DNA of 64,000 bases. It comes from Parasitella parasitica NRRL 2501 (lineage: Eukaryota; Fungi; Mucoromycota). The notes under the pieces are model-generated. The model was not told the origin of the DNA and made no database searches. It saw nothing but the letters and a program-made list of their open reading frames with translations. Location of the stretch: contig MU619305.1 of NCBI GenBank assembly GCA_025201805.1, positions 3,839 to 67,838 on the forward strand, written 5' to 3'. The position numbers were made by a program, and so were the translations under genes. Position 1 is the first letter of the stretch, and each line of letters opens with the position of its first letter. Positions 51,001 through 64,000 of this stretch are shown piece by piece.

Positions 51001-52482
51001 CCCGTGATTATTCAAAGAAGGCACTTGACCTTTGGTGGCACTTTGCATGCCGTCAGCTACGACTGACTTCGTTTATGTTTGACCAACGTAAGCCTGACGA
51101 GGAAGGAAGGCACGTCCGAAAAACTCTTAAATCAATGCTACTTATGGAAAAGGCAGACATCCCCTCTGACGAATTTGCTGATGTTGCAATTCAAGATGAC
51201 ACAAGTCCAGTTGTCTTCCAAAGAGATGGCATGATGGTTCGGGTGCCAAAATACGATAGTGTACCGGTAGACCCTAAACGTCGTATGCTTGTACCAGTGG
51301 ATCCTGTCACTTTGGAAGCCATCGATGACGAAGAAAGACGAAGAGGACACCCTGCTGCTGCTGACACCGTAGATGAATCTCAATCTACCATCGTTGTTTA
51401 CATTCCTCCCAATTTCAAGGCGAGGGTCATTGTTTTCTTATTATACATGTGGTTTTCGATCTCTGTGTTTACCTGTTCCGTCACTGTTTTGCCTCTTCTT
51501 ACGGGCAGGACCCTCTTTAAATCGTATCTTTCGCCTGGATCAAAAGTGAATGACTTGTATTCATTTGCTCTAGGCTTGTATACAATGTCCGGGTGTGGCA
51601 TTCTGGCCCACTGGATTAAAGAGTGGTACTCGAATTCACAGAATGCCAATCGCGAAGAGATGATTCAAAATGCAAAGGATAAGGCTAGCAAGGTACTACT
51701 TTATGCTATTTCAACAGTAACAGAAATTCTAATACTTTTGTATACAGGCTGCTAAATTCTTCTATTTCGCTATCACATTTGGTTTAATTATACCTCTTTT
51801 ATTTGGTATTGCAGTTGATCTCTTTGTGTTTATGCCTAGACGTGATTTCAATGCAGACACTGGATTAGTCATCTATATATCTCAGGTACGTGATGGATAA
51901 ATTATATTCTGCTTATGTTAACAGTAACCCTGTAGAACTGGTCTTTTGGCGTTGCGTACATGACAACTGTCCATAATCTTATACATTTGCTCCCTGCCAA
52001 CAATAGACTTCGACAGAAGTTGAATGAAATTATTGGTGGCAATGGCATTATGGTAGCCGATACATGGGTTGTCACGCGTACAGTGATTGCTCCTGTGATA
52101 CTTGTCGCACTTCTTGCAATCACCATTCCTGGTATTGCCTCCTGGATTATACTCCAAATGTTGGGTAAGTGTATACGCATTGACTCCTTTTTCTTTTCAG
52201 ATTCACTGACATGTTAACCTAGATCCAACAGACTCCTCGCTTCAGATTAAGGTCACCAGATATACTTATCCCACTATATTTGGTGTCCTTGTGGTTTTAA
52301 TAGCGACTTATATACTCAAAAAACTGATTTCGATTTGGATGGAGACAGTGCGAGATGATACATATTTAATAGGAAAGAAATTACATAATATGCAAAATAA
52401 CCAACCATCGCAATCTGAATCTAGCCATGCTTCCACTGCATCCACTATAGACACTACCGCAGTAGCAGAGCAAGAAGAATGA
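48083..52482 (+). CDS. DOA10: ERAD RING-CH E3 ubiquitin ligase Doa10/MARCH6, spliced
   Basis: ICRVCR...[18 protein letters not shown]|LIEWL...YCELC; TD-domain [12 protein letters not shown]; many TM segments; terminal [14 protein letters not shown]. Confidence 0.93.
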
Positions 52483-53113
52483 GTTTCGCAAGTGTCATTA
52501 TTTCTGTACAATATATACTTATTTCAAGGGCTGTTCAGCGCACAAATCTACATAAAAATAAATAAAAAAATACAAAAGAATAAGCTCATGACAATAAAGT
52601 GAAATTGTACAATCATGATGATGATGATAAATAGTAATAAGTGATACGATGATGAGTGTACTTGTGTATACCCGACTCCCGCAAGGAAAAATCTAGCTTT
52701 TCGGATTTTATGTAATGCATTCTGTCTACTTTATCAAGTGTATTAAACGTATAAATGGTGTCAAGATTACATTAGACACACGGCATAATGCATTACTGTT
52801 TAAAAGATTTGTATATAAAATATCTCATTATAAAACCATAAATCAATCACTTGAGTTACATTGTGTTCTAGTGGCTTTCCCTCTCACCCTATATTCTGCT
52901 GCAATCATTCAGGTGTAACAAAAAGAGGTCTTTCCCGTGATCTCTGTTGCAATAGCTTTTCTTTTGTGAATCCAAAATCATAAAGAGGCCATAGTCGCTT
53001 GCCTCTCTTCTCTCTTTTTCTTTCTTTCTTTCTTTATTTATCTTTACCTCCTGCTTTTTGCCTTTAGCTTTTTGATTTTCACCCGCTGCACGTAAAAATA
53101 ATTAATCCTAGAA

Positions 53114-53887
53114 ATGAGTGTAGGTCCAGAGTTGAGTATCATGTATCATCATAACAATCAACAATATTACAATTCTGCTCCACTTATTCAACATCAACAA
53201 TATCGAATTTTGCAAGAACCAAGCCAGCAGCAAAGGAGTTCTTTACATGATCAAGTGATGAATGGCCAGCATAACAAACAACAAAACAAACAACGCCAGC
53301 AGCAGGAGCAATCTTTTTCTCCCCCATTATCTATTGCATCGTCCTCCTCGACATCCTCAGGGTCTAATCTATCATCATCTCCGCCACCTGCTGCTTTAAA
53401 CTATCATGTTTTCTCTTCTTTCAATTTTATGCATATGAAAAAGAAGTTGTCTACCACACTCAATACTGTTTCTTTCTCAGATGGCACCTCTAGCACCGTC
53501 CAACAGCAATCGCAATCCAAACCTAGTGCTGCTGCTGCTACTTGGAATTTCACATGGCTTGTGTTTATGAGCGGAAAATGGGTCCCATTTGATGCCCTGA
53601 ATCAGACTAAATTAGAACAAACATTGACAATGGAAGGGACATTTGTCGATATTAACGATAGCCATTTCCCAGATGTGAAAAAAGTCCGAGTATTTCCAAA
53701 GAGCAATTATCTTAGCTATCTCGGCATCAAGTATCGGTTGTCTCGGATCATGCAACCGGACGCTTATTTAGATCATGTGGGTATTGCTGAAGCAAAGAAA
53801 TATCCTACTTTATCACTGCCGTTATCATCTTTACCAACAGCAGACGAAGGTGGTGATAATCGAATTCGAAAAGTATGGGAAATGTGA
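53114..53887 (+). CDS. Q/S-rich protein with a C-terminal WWE-like domain
   Basis: 257-aa ORF; FTWLVFMSGKWVPFDALNQTKLEQ fits the WWE-like W..W..E pattern. Confidence 0.65.
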   Translation: MSVGPELSIMYHHNNQQYYNSAPLIQHQQYRILQEPSQQQRSSLHDQVMNGQHNKQQNKQRQQQEQSFSPPLSIASSSSTSSGSNLSSSPPPAALNYHVFSSFNFMHMKKKLSTTLNTVSFSDGTSSTVQQQSQSKPSAAAATWNFTWLVFMSGKWVPFDALNQTKLEQTLTMEGTFVDINDSHFPDVKKVRVFPKSNYLSYLGIKYRLSRIMQPDAYLDHVGIAEAKKYPTLSLPLSSLPTADEGGDNRIRKVWEM

Positions 53888-55082
53888 TGCAGAATCAAAC
53901 ACATAATATAATACCGTGCATTTATTTATTTTTTAAACCACACACAAACTCATGATACATCCACTTTCTAATTCTTTATTGTTATGCTACATTTTTATTC
54001 TTTTATCCTCCGCTTTCACAATTTATATGAGTTGCCCAAGTTTTATATGTTAATAAAATAATACTATTAATAATAGCGCTCATGTACATACCTTATCGAG
54101 TGTTGCACTGTATCATTATAAAAAAACTGTTTCATCCCTTTATTTTTTTTAATACAAGTTTCGACAAAAATTAATTTACACATAGACCTTTACAATGCAT
54201 ATATAGCATATACATTTTACAAATACGTTTGCAAGTTACAAGAGCCTCAAAGTATGCTTAAAATAAAGTTGCTGGTGCCTAGAAAATGTGTAATTTTGTA
54301 CACAACATATGAATAATTGAATAACAACTTGTATCGAGCTAATATCTTGCTAGATAATCTTTTAATGCCATGCGCATTTAAAAATCTCAATTGGCGCACT
54401 GTAACAATCCCATTTGCGCTTTAGGCAACCCCAAGTGGCATGTGCAATTAAAAGATAATGTTACTCATATATTGAAAAGAAGCGTATTAAATAGGTTCAA
54501 TTCGAAAACATAACCACATCATGTCTAGGAGACCGGAAGCTCTTATCCCAGTAGATGCCTCCGCTACTTTTGTCTCCAGAACTTTGTTCGTGAGCTTGTT
54601 GTATATACAGTATGTCATTCTGGATCTTTTTTCATCCGTTTCACCTACCCCTGAGAGGTTCTGAGATTGATGTGGAATAGGATGTATTATAGATTCACTA
54701 AAAAAAATCAAATGAAAAAACACTAAATTTCAACTTGATAAATGTATAGCTTTTATCATCAAATCTGCAGCTGCAGTCCGTCTACTAGCCAGGTAGATGA
54801 ATCTTTATATATTGAAGCAATGGATAGATATCACTATCATAAAATCAACGTGTGCGAAGGTGTACAACAGTTCTGGTTAATAACCATCATTAATTTCGTG
54901 CTAAATGACATCTCCGCAGACTAAAAAAAACTTAGATCTGTCTGAGCGAGTAAATAGACTTTTTTCGAAATACCTTGATCAATGAATATCGATCTATAAG
55001 AGTATCATTTCTAGTATAGTAAAGTCTTATTTAATCTATATTAATAGTACATGACTGAGTGTATATCACTTGGTATTCACCT

Positions 55083-55140
55083 TAGCATATATAGTTATAT
55101 GTAGCATGTCTATAGCATGTCATGAGCATATCTATAGCAT
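55083..55140. repeat. Degenerate ~12-bp-period minisatellite (TAGCATRTCTA-like)
   Basis: tagcatatatag...tagcatgtctatagcatgtcatgagcatatctatagcat; weaker echoes continue to ~55430. Confidence 0.55.
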
Positions 55141-58100
55141 TGCACATATTTTACAATTCTGTAGTACATAATGTATCTGTAGCTAGTATCATGGATACAA
55201 GTATATGTCTTGTAGTGCGTATCTAGAAACTGGGAATACGCATCTGAAGCTTAGATCTTCTATGGCATAAGCTCGTAGCACATACTAATCTAGTAAATGT
55301 TCAAGGCTCGTGTCGAGATATAAGTATAGGTCTGTAGCTTCATCCATATTAATGGTGCCATCTCTAGCCTATATCTTATATGGTAGAAATCTGTATTGTA
55401 CATCTTACCAACTGTGCACATATGTAGTATATATCAATTTAAGGTAACTGGATGAATCTAGAAGTGGAATGCAGATCATCATAGCATATATATTTCACAC
55501 TGACGTTTCTATACAGAGTAGTCAGCAAAAAGAAGCCATTTTGAGTTAGAAAAGGTACATTAATTACCATATCTTGAGTGAATCAAGTTCATATACCACT
55601 AAAATTCCATAAAGTACTCGCTTACATTACCTCTACTCATTTGTACTGTTTCGAGTAAGGATGAAGTTTCTATCCAGAGTAATGAGCAATAAGGATTGAG
55701 TTGTTTGTAATCATTTTGCCATCGTAAATTGAAGATCTAAAATTGAGAACATACGAAGTAATTTTTAATGAATTGACGAGCTCGTAGAGCAACGCCACAA
55801 CCGAGCTTAGCGAGATAGAACTGCTAGTAACAATTATAAAATAATATGTTATGATAAAAAATAATACCTTATGTCACAATTGACATTAGACCGCCTAATG
55901 TTTCACCTAAATATATCATCAATCTGTCAAATTATTGTAAAATCTAATCTACCATAACTACAATATCCAGCGGCAGTCTAATTCCGCACCAGTAATTATG
56001 CAAGGCTATTGATCTTTTTACTTCCTCAATTCTGATATATTATTGTATTTTTTATTCAATAAAGTATTCAGCTATACATAGATAAATTCCTGTCTTTCCT
56101 TATATTATAGGATTCTTTGACACTTTATCAACCTGCTGCGGTAAATTCTATTTCCAGGAGATTTTGATTTATATTACTATATCATTGTTGTGGACGAGAA
56201 TTAGCAGGAACATTTTATAACTAATAATGCTCTTAATATGCACCTTGAGCATTTTAGTTTCACAATAATTTCAGAAAAAAAAGGCTTTGGGTCTTTATTG
56301 TAAAATATGTCTGCGTATCCATATTCAAAGCACTTTTTTTTTTGTTTTTTTTTTAGCATGAGCTTGCGCAGAGGGAAGGCCTTCTGATCTGTACCTTTCC
56401 CCCCTCCCCCCTGATTTTTAATGTGTGTGATATATGTAGTATTGTGCCAGTGTAAAAGAGCGCAGCGAAATGTTGTGTAAATGTTATATGAAACGAAGTA
56501 ATAAGACTTTCTCTGATAAACCAGATATAAAACTGAAGACTTTTATTGACATAAGATATGATCTCTATTTATACTAAAATATATCCCAATCAATGTTTAT
56601 CCACATGACATCTGATGTTTGACGAGAAGTGTCAAACATTATTAAATCATTGAATAAGCCTAGAATCTTGCAAGAGGTTCAATTACAACTTGTAGCTTAT
56701 TCCTTATTTGTAAAATAATTACCAACAATTAATATCATGATCCGCGTATTATGACTAAGTTAGATATGACATATGTAGCCTTTATATGGATACATCATAA
56801 AGCAGCATCCTCCTTCAGCCAGAGATTTTTTGGTATTTTTTGAGGTCCGTAATACTATTGCAATGAAATGAGTGAAGCGACTGATCTGATATAATCTATA
56901 GCTTGTAGCATACTTAAACCACTTCTTCTTTATTACCTATAAACACTTTCCAGTATAACCAACTTTTTTAGCAGTATAGCAGGTACCATCTATTCTATAA
57001 CTTAATCAACATTAATGAAATCAGTTGACTACTTTAATCGATTAAACTAAACCTGTGTCAGCTTATTGATCTCACAAATTAGATATACTGGATATTATGT
57101 CCCTTGTTGACTTGATTCGGGCAAGAGTCGTGTGGCTCAATCAATATAATCCGTTATAAACCAATTCATAAGCATTTGTTGTGTAGGAATCTAACCTTGC
57201 TGTAATGATTCACATTACATAATGTCTCATTTTACATGTTAAACAAATATTGGAACCTTAGTGAAAGTATCTAGTTCTCTTGCTTTTTATTCTTATCAAT
57301 TTTTTATTTTAATTATCTATAATTAAAAGCCTAGTTAATTTTTACTTCTGCAATTGATCTTGAGAGGTATTTCGATATAAATGATGGTTATTTCCAAAGA
57401 CAATTAAATAAGGAGACTACAAGCGATTATATTACGGAGAACGAAGGGTATCTATTAATGATTGAGAAAGAATGTCAGTGTCAGTGTTGGTATTGAGATA
57501 AGATCAAACCTCCAGTTAATAAATAAATACCGACAGATCTGTCACTACTAATCAATATTTGTTATAAAGGAGATTATTCTCATAAATTTGCACATTATAT
57601 AGCAAGAAACAGTTCAGATAGCAATGTAGTAGTTAGAAATGCCAACTTGATATTACCATAGTACATCATTCTACCCTTTTACTATTAAATGTCAGTGCTC
57701 CATCACTTTCAGAATAGTTTGTAGTCAATAAAAGAAGATTAAATTATAGGCACCGAGGAAAATTTTATAAGATATACATCATACTTGGAAAAAAATCGCT
57801 TTTACCTATAAAATATTCATACATTGGCTGGTTTATTTCTTTTTTCTTTTTTATAAAAAAGAGATCACCAGCCAGATATGCAAATAATCAGAATTGAAAT
57901 GAAGTTGGATGAATTCTATGACAAAAATGAGTCAACAATATAAGTACAGCAGGAAAGTGCGATTATAGTCTTTTCGCTTTTTTTGACTAAATGAGATCTG
58001 GAGAAGAGAATATAGTCTTAAAGAGGGCTATTTGTATGATTTGTAGAGAAATCCCCATTTTAGAGGTGCAAAGAAGAGTTTCTTTTATTGACATTCACTC

Positions 58101-60644
58101 ACATAGGATAACAGTTGGAATTTAGATACAGTGATTGATTTTTTACGATGCACTTTTTTTATTTTTGAATCAGGATGTGTCTAGAATTAATGAAACTGCA
58201 GCATTCATGAACAGACCCTTTGCTGAATCATAAAATCGAACCAAGTGTTGTTTGATATGAAAATTATCTGAATTGTGGTAGATTGTACTTTTTTCAAGAG
58301 TGCACCGTTCACAGATACTAATGACATTCAGTTTTTACTTTTTGTACCTGGATTTTAATATGAGTGTTCTTTCAAGCTTAAATTGTAAAGGTGTCATTCA
58401 ATTACAGGGCGTACTTTTTTGGACTTTTCACCGGGTATTATCTGTGCGCTATGCGGCTTCTTTATCAGTGTAGTTTTTAATGCCAAAATCTTAGATTTGG
58501 GGATTGAAAAATCCTTGAAATGATTCCATATACACTTTCTCTTACAATAATAATAATAAATTTCAGAATAAATAATCTCGCTTCCGTCCGAAAATGAGTA
58601 TCGAATTCTTACTTTATATGTCTGGTAAACGAATATTGAGTGAATGATCATCTTGCATAAATTTCAAGCCCGAAAACTTGTCAAACTCCATGAGGAAAAG
58701 GAGGTTCCTTCTTATTGCATGCATAACATTCTAATGAAGAATGTCTAGTTACCATGTATATATTGGAGGTATAATTGTGATCTTATCAATCTTTCTAGCC
58801 ACGTTATTTTTACTTTTTTGATTTATCGATTTTCCACCGTGCATTCTTTTACAAAAAAAAAACAAAAAAAAATAACATTGTCTGAATTTAAAGTGTAAAA
58901 ACTGTAGTGCGTGTATATACATTTGAAACATCTTTTCAACCGGTTGACTAACGTAAAAGAGAATATTATTCACGTTAGGTCTCATTGGATAAAAAGGATT
59001 GGGCAGCAATAAAGATTAGTGATAACAAAAAAATTGTATGATGTATAGCATGCATCATTTGATAAACATTTGGGAACGAATTGTATCAGTAAATAGTCCA
59101 ACTAAATATGAACGTGTAACAAACAATGTATACCCGTGCACGCTTTAAGAAAAAGGACATAATTATTTGTAATAAATAGCCTTGAATATACTTGTCGTTT
59201 AAGAAAGTTCTGCAACATTGAAATACAGAATCGCGATAATGAAAGTATATCGGCGCAAACTACGCATTATCAAATTGGCGCATATGTCATATACAGTGTC
59301 CCTTATATACCCTTAATGAGCGAGGAAATAAAAAAATCCGATGAACAAGTGTAACAGTGACTCCAATGACTTGTCTAAAAATAACAGCATGTCCTGCAGT
59401 GTATGTTCAAACATGATGCGACAAATTTTTGTGTATTGAAGTTTGTCAGCTTTTTTTTCTTTTAGTAAATCAGCAATGCCACTTAATTAATAGATTTTTG
59501 TAAACAGAGAGTATTTTTGTTCATGATAGTAAGCGACTACATTGGGGACATGCTACCTCCATACAAACGAGATGCTTTGCGCCCTGTATCTTCGTTAAAG
59601 GTTTATCCTGGTACACTATTTAGTGCGAATTTTGCAGGCAGTATAAAATATGGCACATTAGTATACATGATGCCATGTTGAGTAATTTATTGGTGATGTT
59701 GATGCTATCAATATCAATCAACACTGCTTGGCTGATTACGTAAAAATGAAGGGATCAAATAAAATCTCTGGAAGCCGTCCGCATTTGTGGACTAGCAGTG
59801 TGTAACTAGGATATGATTTGTTACCTTGATCTTTGCTTCGTGATTACTTGACAAACAAGCTTTTGTATTGATATGAAGAAACTAGACGAATTTACATATA
59901 ATATTAATAATACACTGTTTGGTGGAAAAATGTTTAAAGCCTTGTGCATGATTCAGGAGAAAATATCACCTATATCTAAATTACCTTCAGCTCGGAAACG
60001 AGCGATCAAAGCAGCAACAGTGAAGTTATGTTGCCAATTCTAACATCATGCCCTATACAACAGCTCTGCAAACTATATATCTATTAGAAATCTCATATCG
60101 GTACAAGTTATACAAAAGAATAAACCAACAACGTGGCAAATAATGGTACAACATTAAGTTATATTTGTGAAAAGGCATTCCATTTTTTTGTGTGGATAGA
60201 ATCCACTTTCAACAAGACTCTATGTACATACAGAAGGATAAATGTTTATATTCCATTGCGTCATACAGTAATGAAGAAACACTGCTAAATCAGGTAAAAA
60301 GCCCTCATTTCATGAAATAGAAACACACGCACACGGAGTTGATCGTTTTTGACCAAAATTGAAAACCAAATCCGAATTTGCAAGACATGACAAAGAAAGC
60401 AAAAGCAAAAGGGAAAGAGTGTGTGTATGATAATGTGAAAAAGACTCCATGTGAGATTCCAGAAGGGTGCAAGAAACGTGACAATAACCAGTTAATTTGA
60501 AAAACAAGATCTTTTTTTAATGTTTCTAAATTTGACATTGTAGAATTTGATATAAATAAGATCGAAAATTGCACGGCCGTTTTACCCTTTTCTTTAATAC
60601 TTTTAACATTTCCTGTTTTTTCGCCTTTCTTATTTTATAACACT

Positions 60645-61727
60645 ATGAATACTACTACTCTTTTTATGACCCCATCAGCGGATAATAAGATTATGAAGCC
60701 AATTGAGAAATCTAAGCGTAAACAAGTCAAAAATGCATGCGGTAAGTCTTTTTCTTTGTTCTCGCGAGATATACACTCCTAACGACAAAATCCATCCATC
60801 TAGTCAACTGTCAAAAAGCATGCAAAAAGTGTGATGATGGTAGACCTTGCAAGCGATGCATTAAGCTTGGTTTAACAGCTACTTGCCGAGATTCTGATCG
60901 CAAAGAGCGCAAAAAAGGTGTTAAACGTGGGCCATACAAGAAACGCCAAGCTTCGACCAGAGACAAGCCAGGTACATGCGCAAAGCATACATTTAGGCTC
61001 AAAATACTGATTACATTTGAAATGTCTAGTGTTTCCTAAAGCCTTGATAGAACAAGACTGGAGAACTCCCATTTACGAGCACAATGTACCTCAAGTGCCG
61101 AGCCACGCCATTAAGATCGAATCACCAATTCAATTATTGGACGATTACTATATTCCTAGCCAACAGCAACCACATCAGCAACAGCGTAACTTTCCACTGT
61201 TATCTTTTTCGCCAACAAGTCCAAATAGCTTTGTTGATGAATCGGATGAAACGTTGCACTATGCATATGGTTACTATTACACAAACAACACTACTATCGC
61301 CGCCACATCTAGCCCATCCGCAACAAGCATGTTGGACCACCAAGCTATATCAGGAAACGTAACGCCTATTCAAGATGAATTTTATTCATGGGACGATATC
61401 GAAAACTTCAGTGTTGCTGCCTCTTCAATCGGTAACAACAACCTGGTTGTTACTCAACAAACTAGCATTTTAAGTGATCCCATTACGCAGTTCCAAGCTT
61501 ATCCAACGAGCAATTTCGAATATTACCAACCACAGCCAAAAGACCAAATCCCTGCATCATCATCATTTTCAACGTTTGATTTGGATGTTTCATTGATTTG
61601 GTTCAATAATGACATGTCATTAGACTTTACTTCATCCACTCAACATTACAATATACCAACTCAACAATCTCAACAATCTCAACAACAGCATTATAATCAG
61701 GATCTAGTCAATCAAATGTACTTTTAA
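60645..61727 (+). CDS. Zn(II)2Cys6 transcription factor (3 exons)
   Basis: KRKQVKNAC|VNCQKACKKCDDGRPCKRCIKLGLTATCRDSDRKERKKGVKRGPYKKR. Confidence 0.92.
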
Positions 61728-62355
61728 TCAACATATGTATTTACTGGCACGACAACATTCATAACAACAACAAAAAAGCACACCAGACCCTCTCCTTAGA
61801 AGCCCATTTACTATGAACAACAATACGAAAAAAAAAAAACTCGTTATTATGACCCCTTGATTTATACTTTATCATACGACCTTTTATGTTGCCAATTTTT
61901 TTTTTATCAAATCTTGAAGCCTTTACGAAAAAAGAACCTTTCTAGAATGTATATATCACATTATACCTCTTTTTTTATTTATTTATTTTTACTTGAAGCA
62001 ATTAATTAATTACTTACGCACGCACAATCTTTTTTTTTTTTTTTTTTTTTTTTTTCATATAGACTAGTTACACCAAATAAAACTTTTATTTTAACAAAAT
62101 AGCATATGTTTATTTGTATCATACAAATGTTGAAATATAATCGAGAAAGTTGCAAATCTTAAAATAGCAACAATAGCCGCAAATGACATTCATTTCTGTA
62201 ACTTGTCATATCACCACTATAAAAAAAACATATAATATATCATTATAAAGACGCCACCAGATATGTAAACAAACACGTTATCATTGTCGAAAAAGAGACT
62301 AGACAACGTAAACCAAGATATGTAGTAAGCACAATTAGACAAATATATGCACATC

Positions 62356-64000
62356 CTATGCGCTTGTTTCATACATGTTCATCTTTGTCTGTAAAAATAA
62401 AAATAACAATAATAAAACGCTCATCTGTCGTTCATGTCGAAACAAACAACGTGTTCTTGTATTTGCAAGAATTAGCACATGGTGTCGGAACTGTACAGCG
62501 TCAGCCTTACTTCTCAAAATAGAAAACAGAAAACCATGCATGGAATTGTTTATGTCAATCTTGTTTTTTTTATGATCAAATTTTAGAGATAGTAAAGGAG
62601 AGAGAGGCGATGCCACATGTGTCGAATGCAGGTAAATGTAGCATAGCTGCAGCTCATCATATGTGCTTCACAAATACACAACAACATCCATCTGCTTGTT
62701 AACGTGTACCACAACGATATCTGATAAGAATGTTATTAAATGCAGTGCATTTAAAATACCATGCTGTTGACCTTTACTATTGCTAATCGATGACAGCCTT
62801 ATGGTGTGCGGAACTAATATGAATATGCAGTATAGCTTGCGAAATCATATCAGGAAAGTAATTTTTCTAACAGCACTCAAGGGTAAAAGGAAGAGTTGTT
62901 TCTAGCATCAACAAAGATGCCCGTGTGTGCATTTTAGTGAATGCACTTAGTAATGAAGTTTTTTTGTTTTTGTGTAATTAAAATAAAAACATATATACGA
63001 CTCCTTGGCTGCTTGGCTTACTTGAGACAATCTGAACTTTCATCGATCTTGAATTTGTTCGTCATACATAAACAATGTCAAATATATGCACATCGCAAGA
63101 ACTTTGAGATAAAAATAAGCTCCCCCGGATCATTTAATTCAATATATTCCAAAACCCCGTTCTGATCTGATTTGGTGATAGAGTGTTCCTGACTAAAAAT
63201 ATATTTCAAGTGCTTGCTTCTGCAATGAAGATCACTAAATACCATACTTTACTCAATTCAAAAAAAAAGCACAGCATTTTAGAGCTACTTATGCACATGA
63301 AGTTTTTAAAATATTCGACAGTCTGTCTTTCATATTGCAATGGCATTGTGTCACTTGCTCGTTTCATCGAAATAGAAAAAGCATTCTGTATCAAATTCAG
63401 AAGTGTAGCTTCATCTTTTTTGGATGAAAATCAGACAAATCCAAAGGAAGCTGTGTTTATTACAGCGATGTTAGTTTTTTTTNNNNNNNNNNTTTTTTTA
63501 TCTAGTATCTGTGCCAAGCAGAAAGTGAGATTGACGTTGCATTACTATCTCGTTGCCAAACTGTCAGACACGTAACGTAAACAAGTACTCTTTTGCCTTT
63601 GGCATTTAGATATGCCTCCAGGTTTATACTGCAATGATGCACCGAATGCCAGACTCTCGTCGATCGAGCCGACCAGAAGGTTATTAGCAGCTTTTCTTTT
63701 TTGGCAGCACCACAAAGTAAACTCCAAATTTCTCATTCTCAAACACAATAAAAGAAGCTTTGGACCTGTTTGACTTTGAAAAACTTTAGGGCTTCCTCTT
63801 GCTTCTTTTCAAGTATTCACAATCATTGGGAATTTTGACAGCATATGATAACTCACTTTCTATATTGTATCTTTTGTCAATATTTCCTTTTATTACTATG
63901 CACATTTTCTAGTCAATTCTTCTGTTGCAAATAAAACCACCAGCTAATAGTATATTTTTAACATCATATCTGGAGCTCCTTGTCTGCCTTGACATAGACT
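62356..64000 (-). pseudogene. Degenerate coding-like remnant, unassigned
   Basis: Chain of short protein-like minus-strand frames broken by stops and frameshifts; runs off the end of the window. Confidence 0.3.

Overview
AT-rich, intron-rich fungal DNA. The gene content, short GT-AG introns and transposon families point to Mucorales; this is inferred from sequence style. Ordinary genes: a SAM methyltransferase, two homeobox TFs, trifunctional TRP1/trpC, Grx5, a RhoGAP, an EI24 protein, a PKA catalytic subunit, Rax1, a metallophosphoesterase, a PC-esterase-like protein, an ELO elongase, an MCFD2-like EF-hand protein, RPS1/eS1, an Nhp10-like HMG protein, Doa10/MARCH6, a WWE-like protein and a Zn2Cys6 TF. 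Two transposon-rich islands (about 14.7-21.4 kb and 40.0-44.8 kb) each hold a spliced gene of the same PD-(D/E)XK restriction-endonuclease-like family next to decayed Tc1/IS630-type DDE transposases. In the second island an intact 8-exon nuclease gene lies with a dead transposase between degenerate TA-flanked TIRs (40565-44752). This is the best candidate for an undescribed system: a Tc1/mariner element carrying nuclease cargo. A structured 191-bp tandem repeat sits just outside that element's left end. Other notable items: a stand-alone 847-aa Gag-like ORF with three Zn-knuckle-like motifs, a ~480-bp foldback, a PC-esterase lacking both catalytic residues whose stop overlaps the elongase stop, and a 48-aa Cys/His microprotein missed by the ORF track. 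Exon boundaries were read by eye and all family calls are by motif recognition, with no database searches. Assembly gaps occur near 22.9, 26.1-26.3, 31.3 and 63.5 kb.
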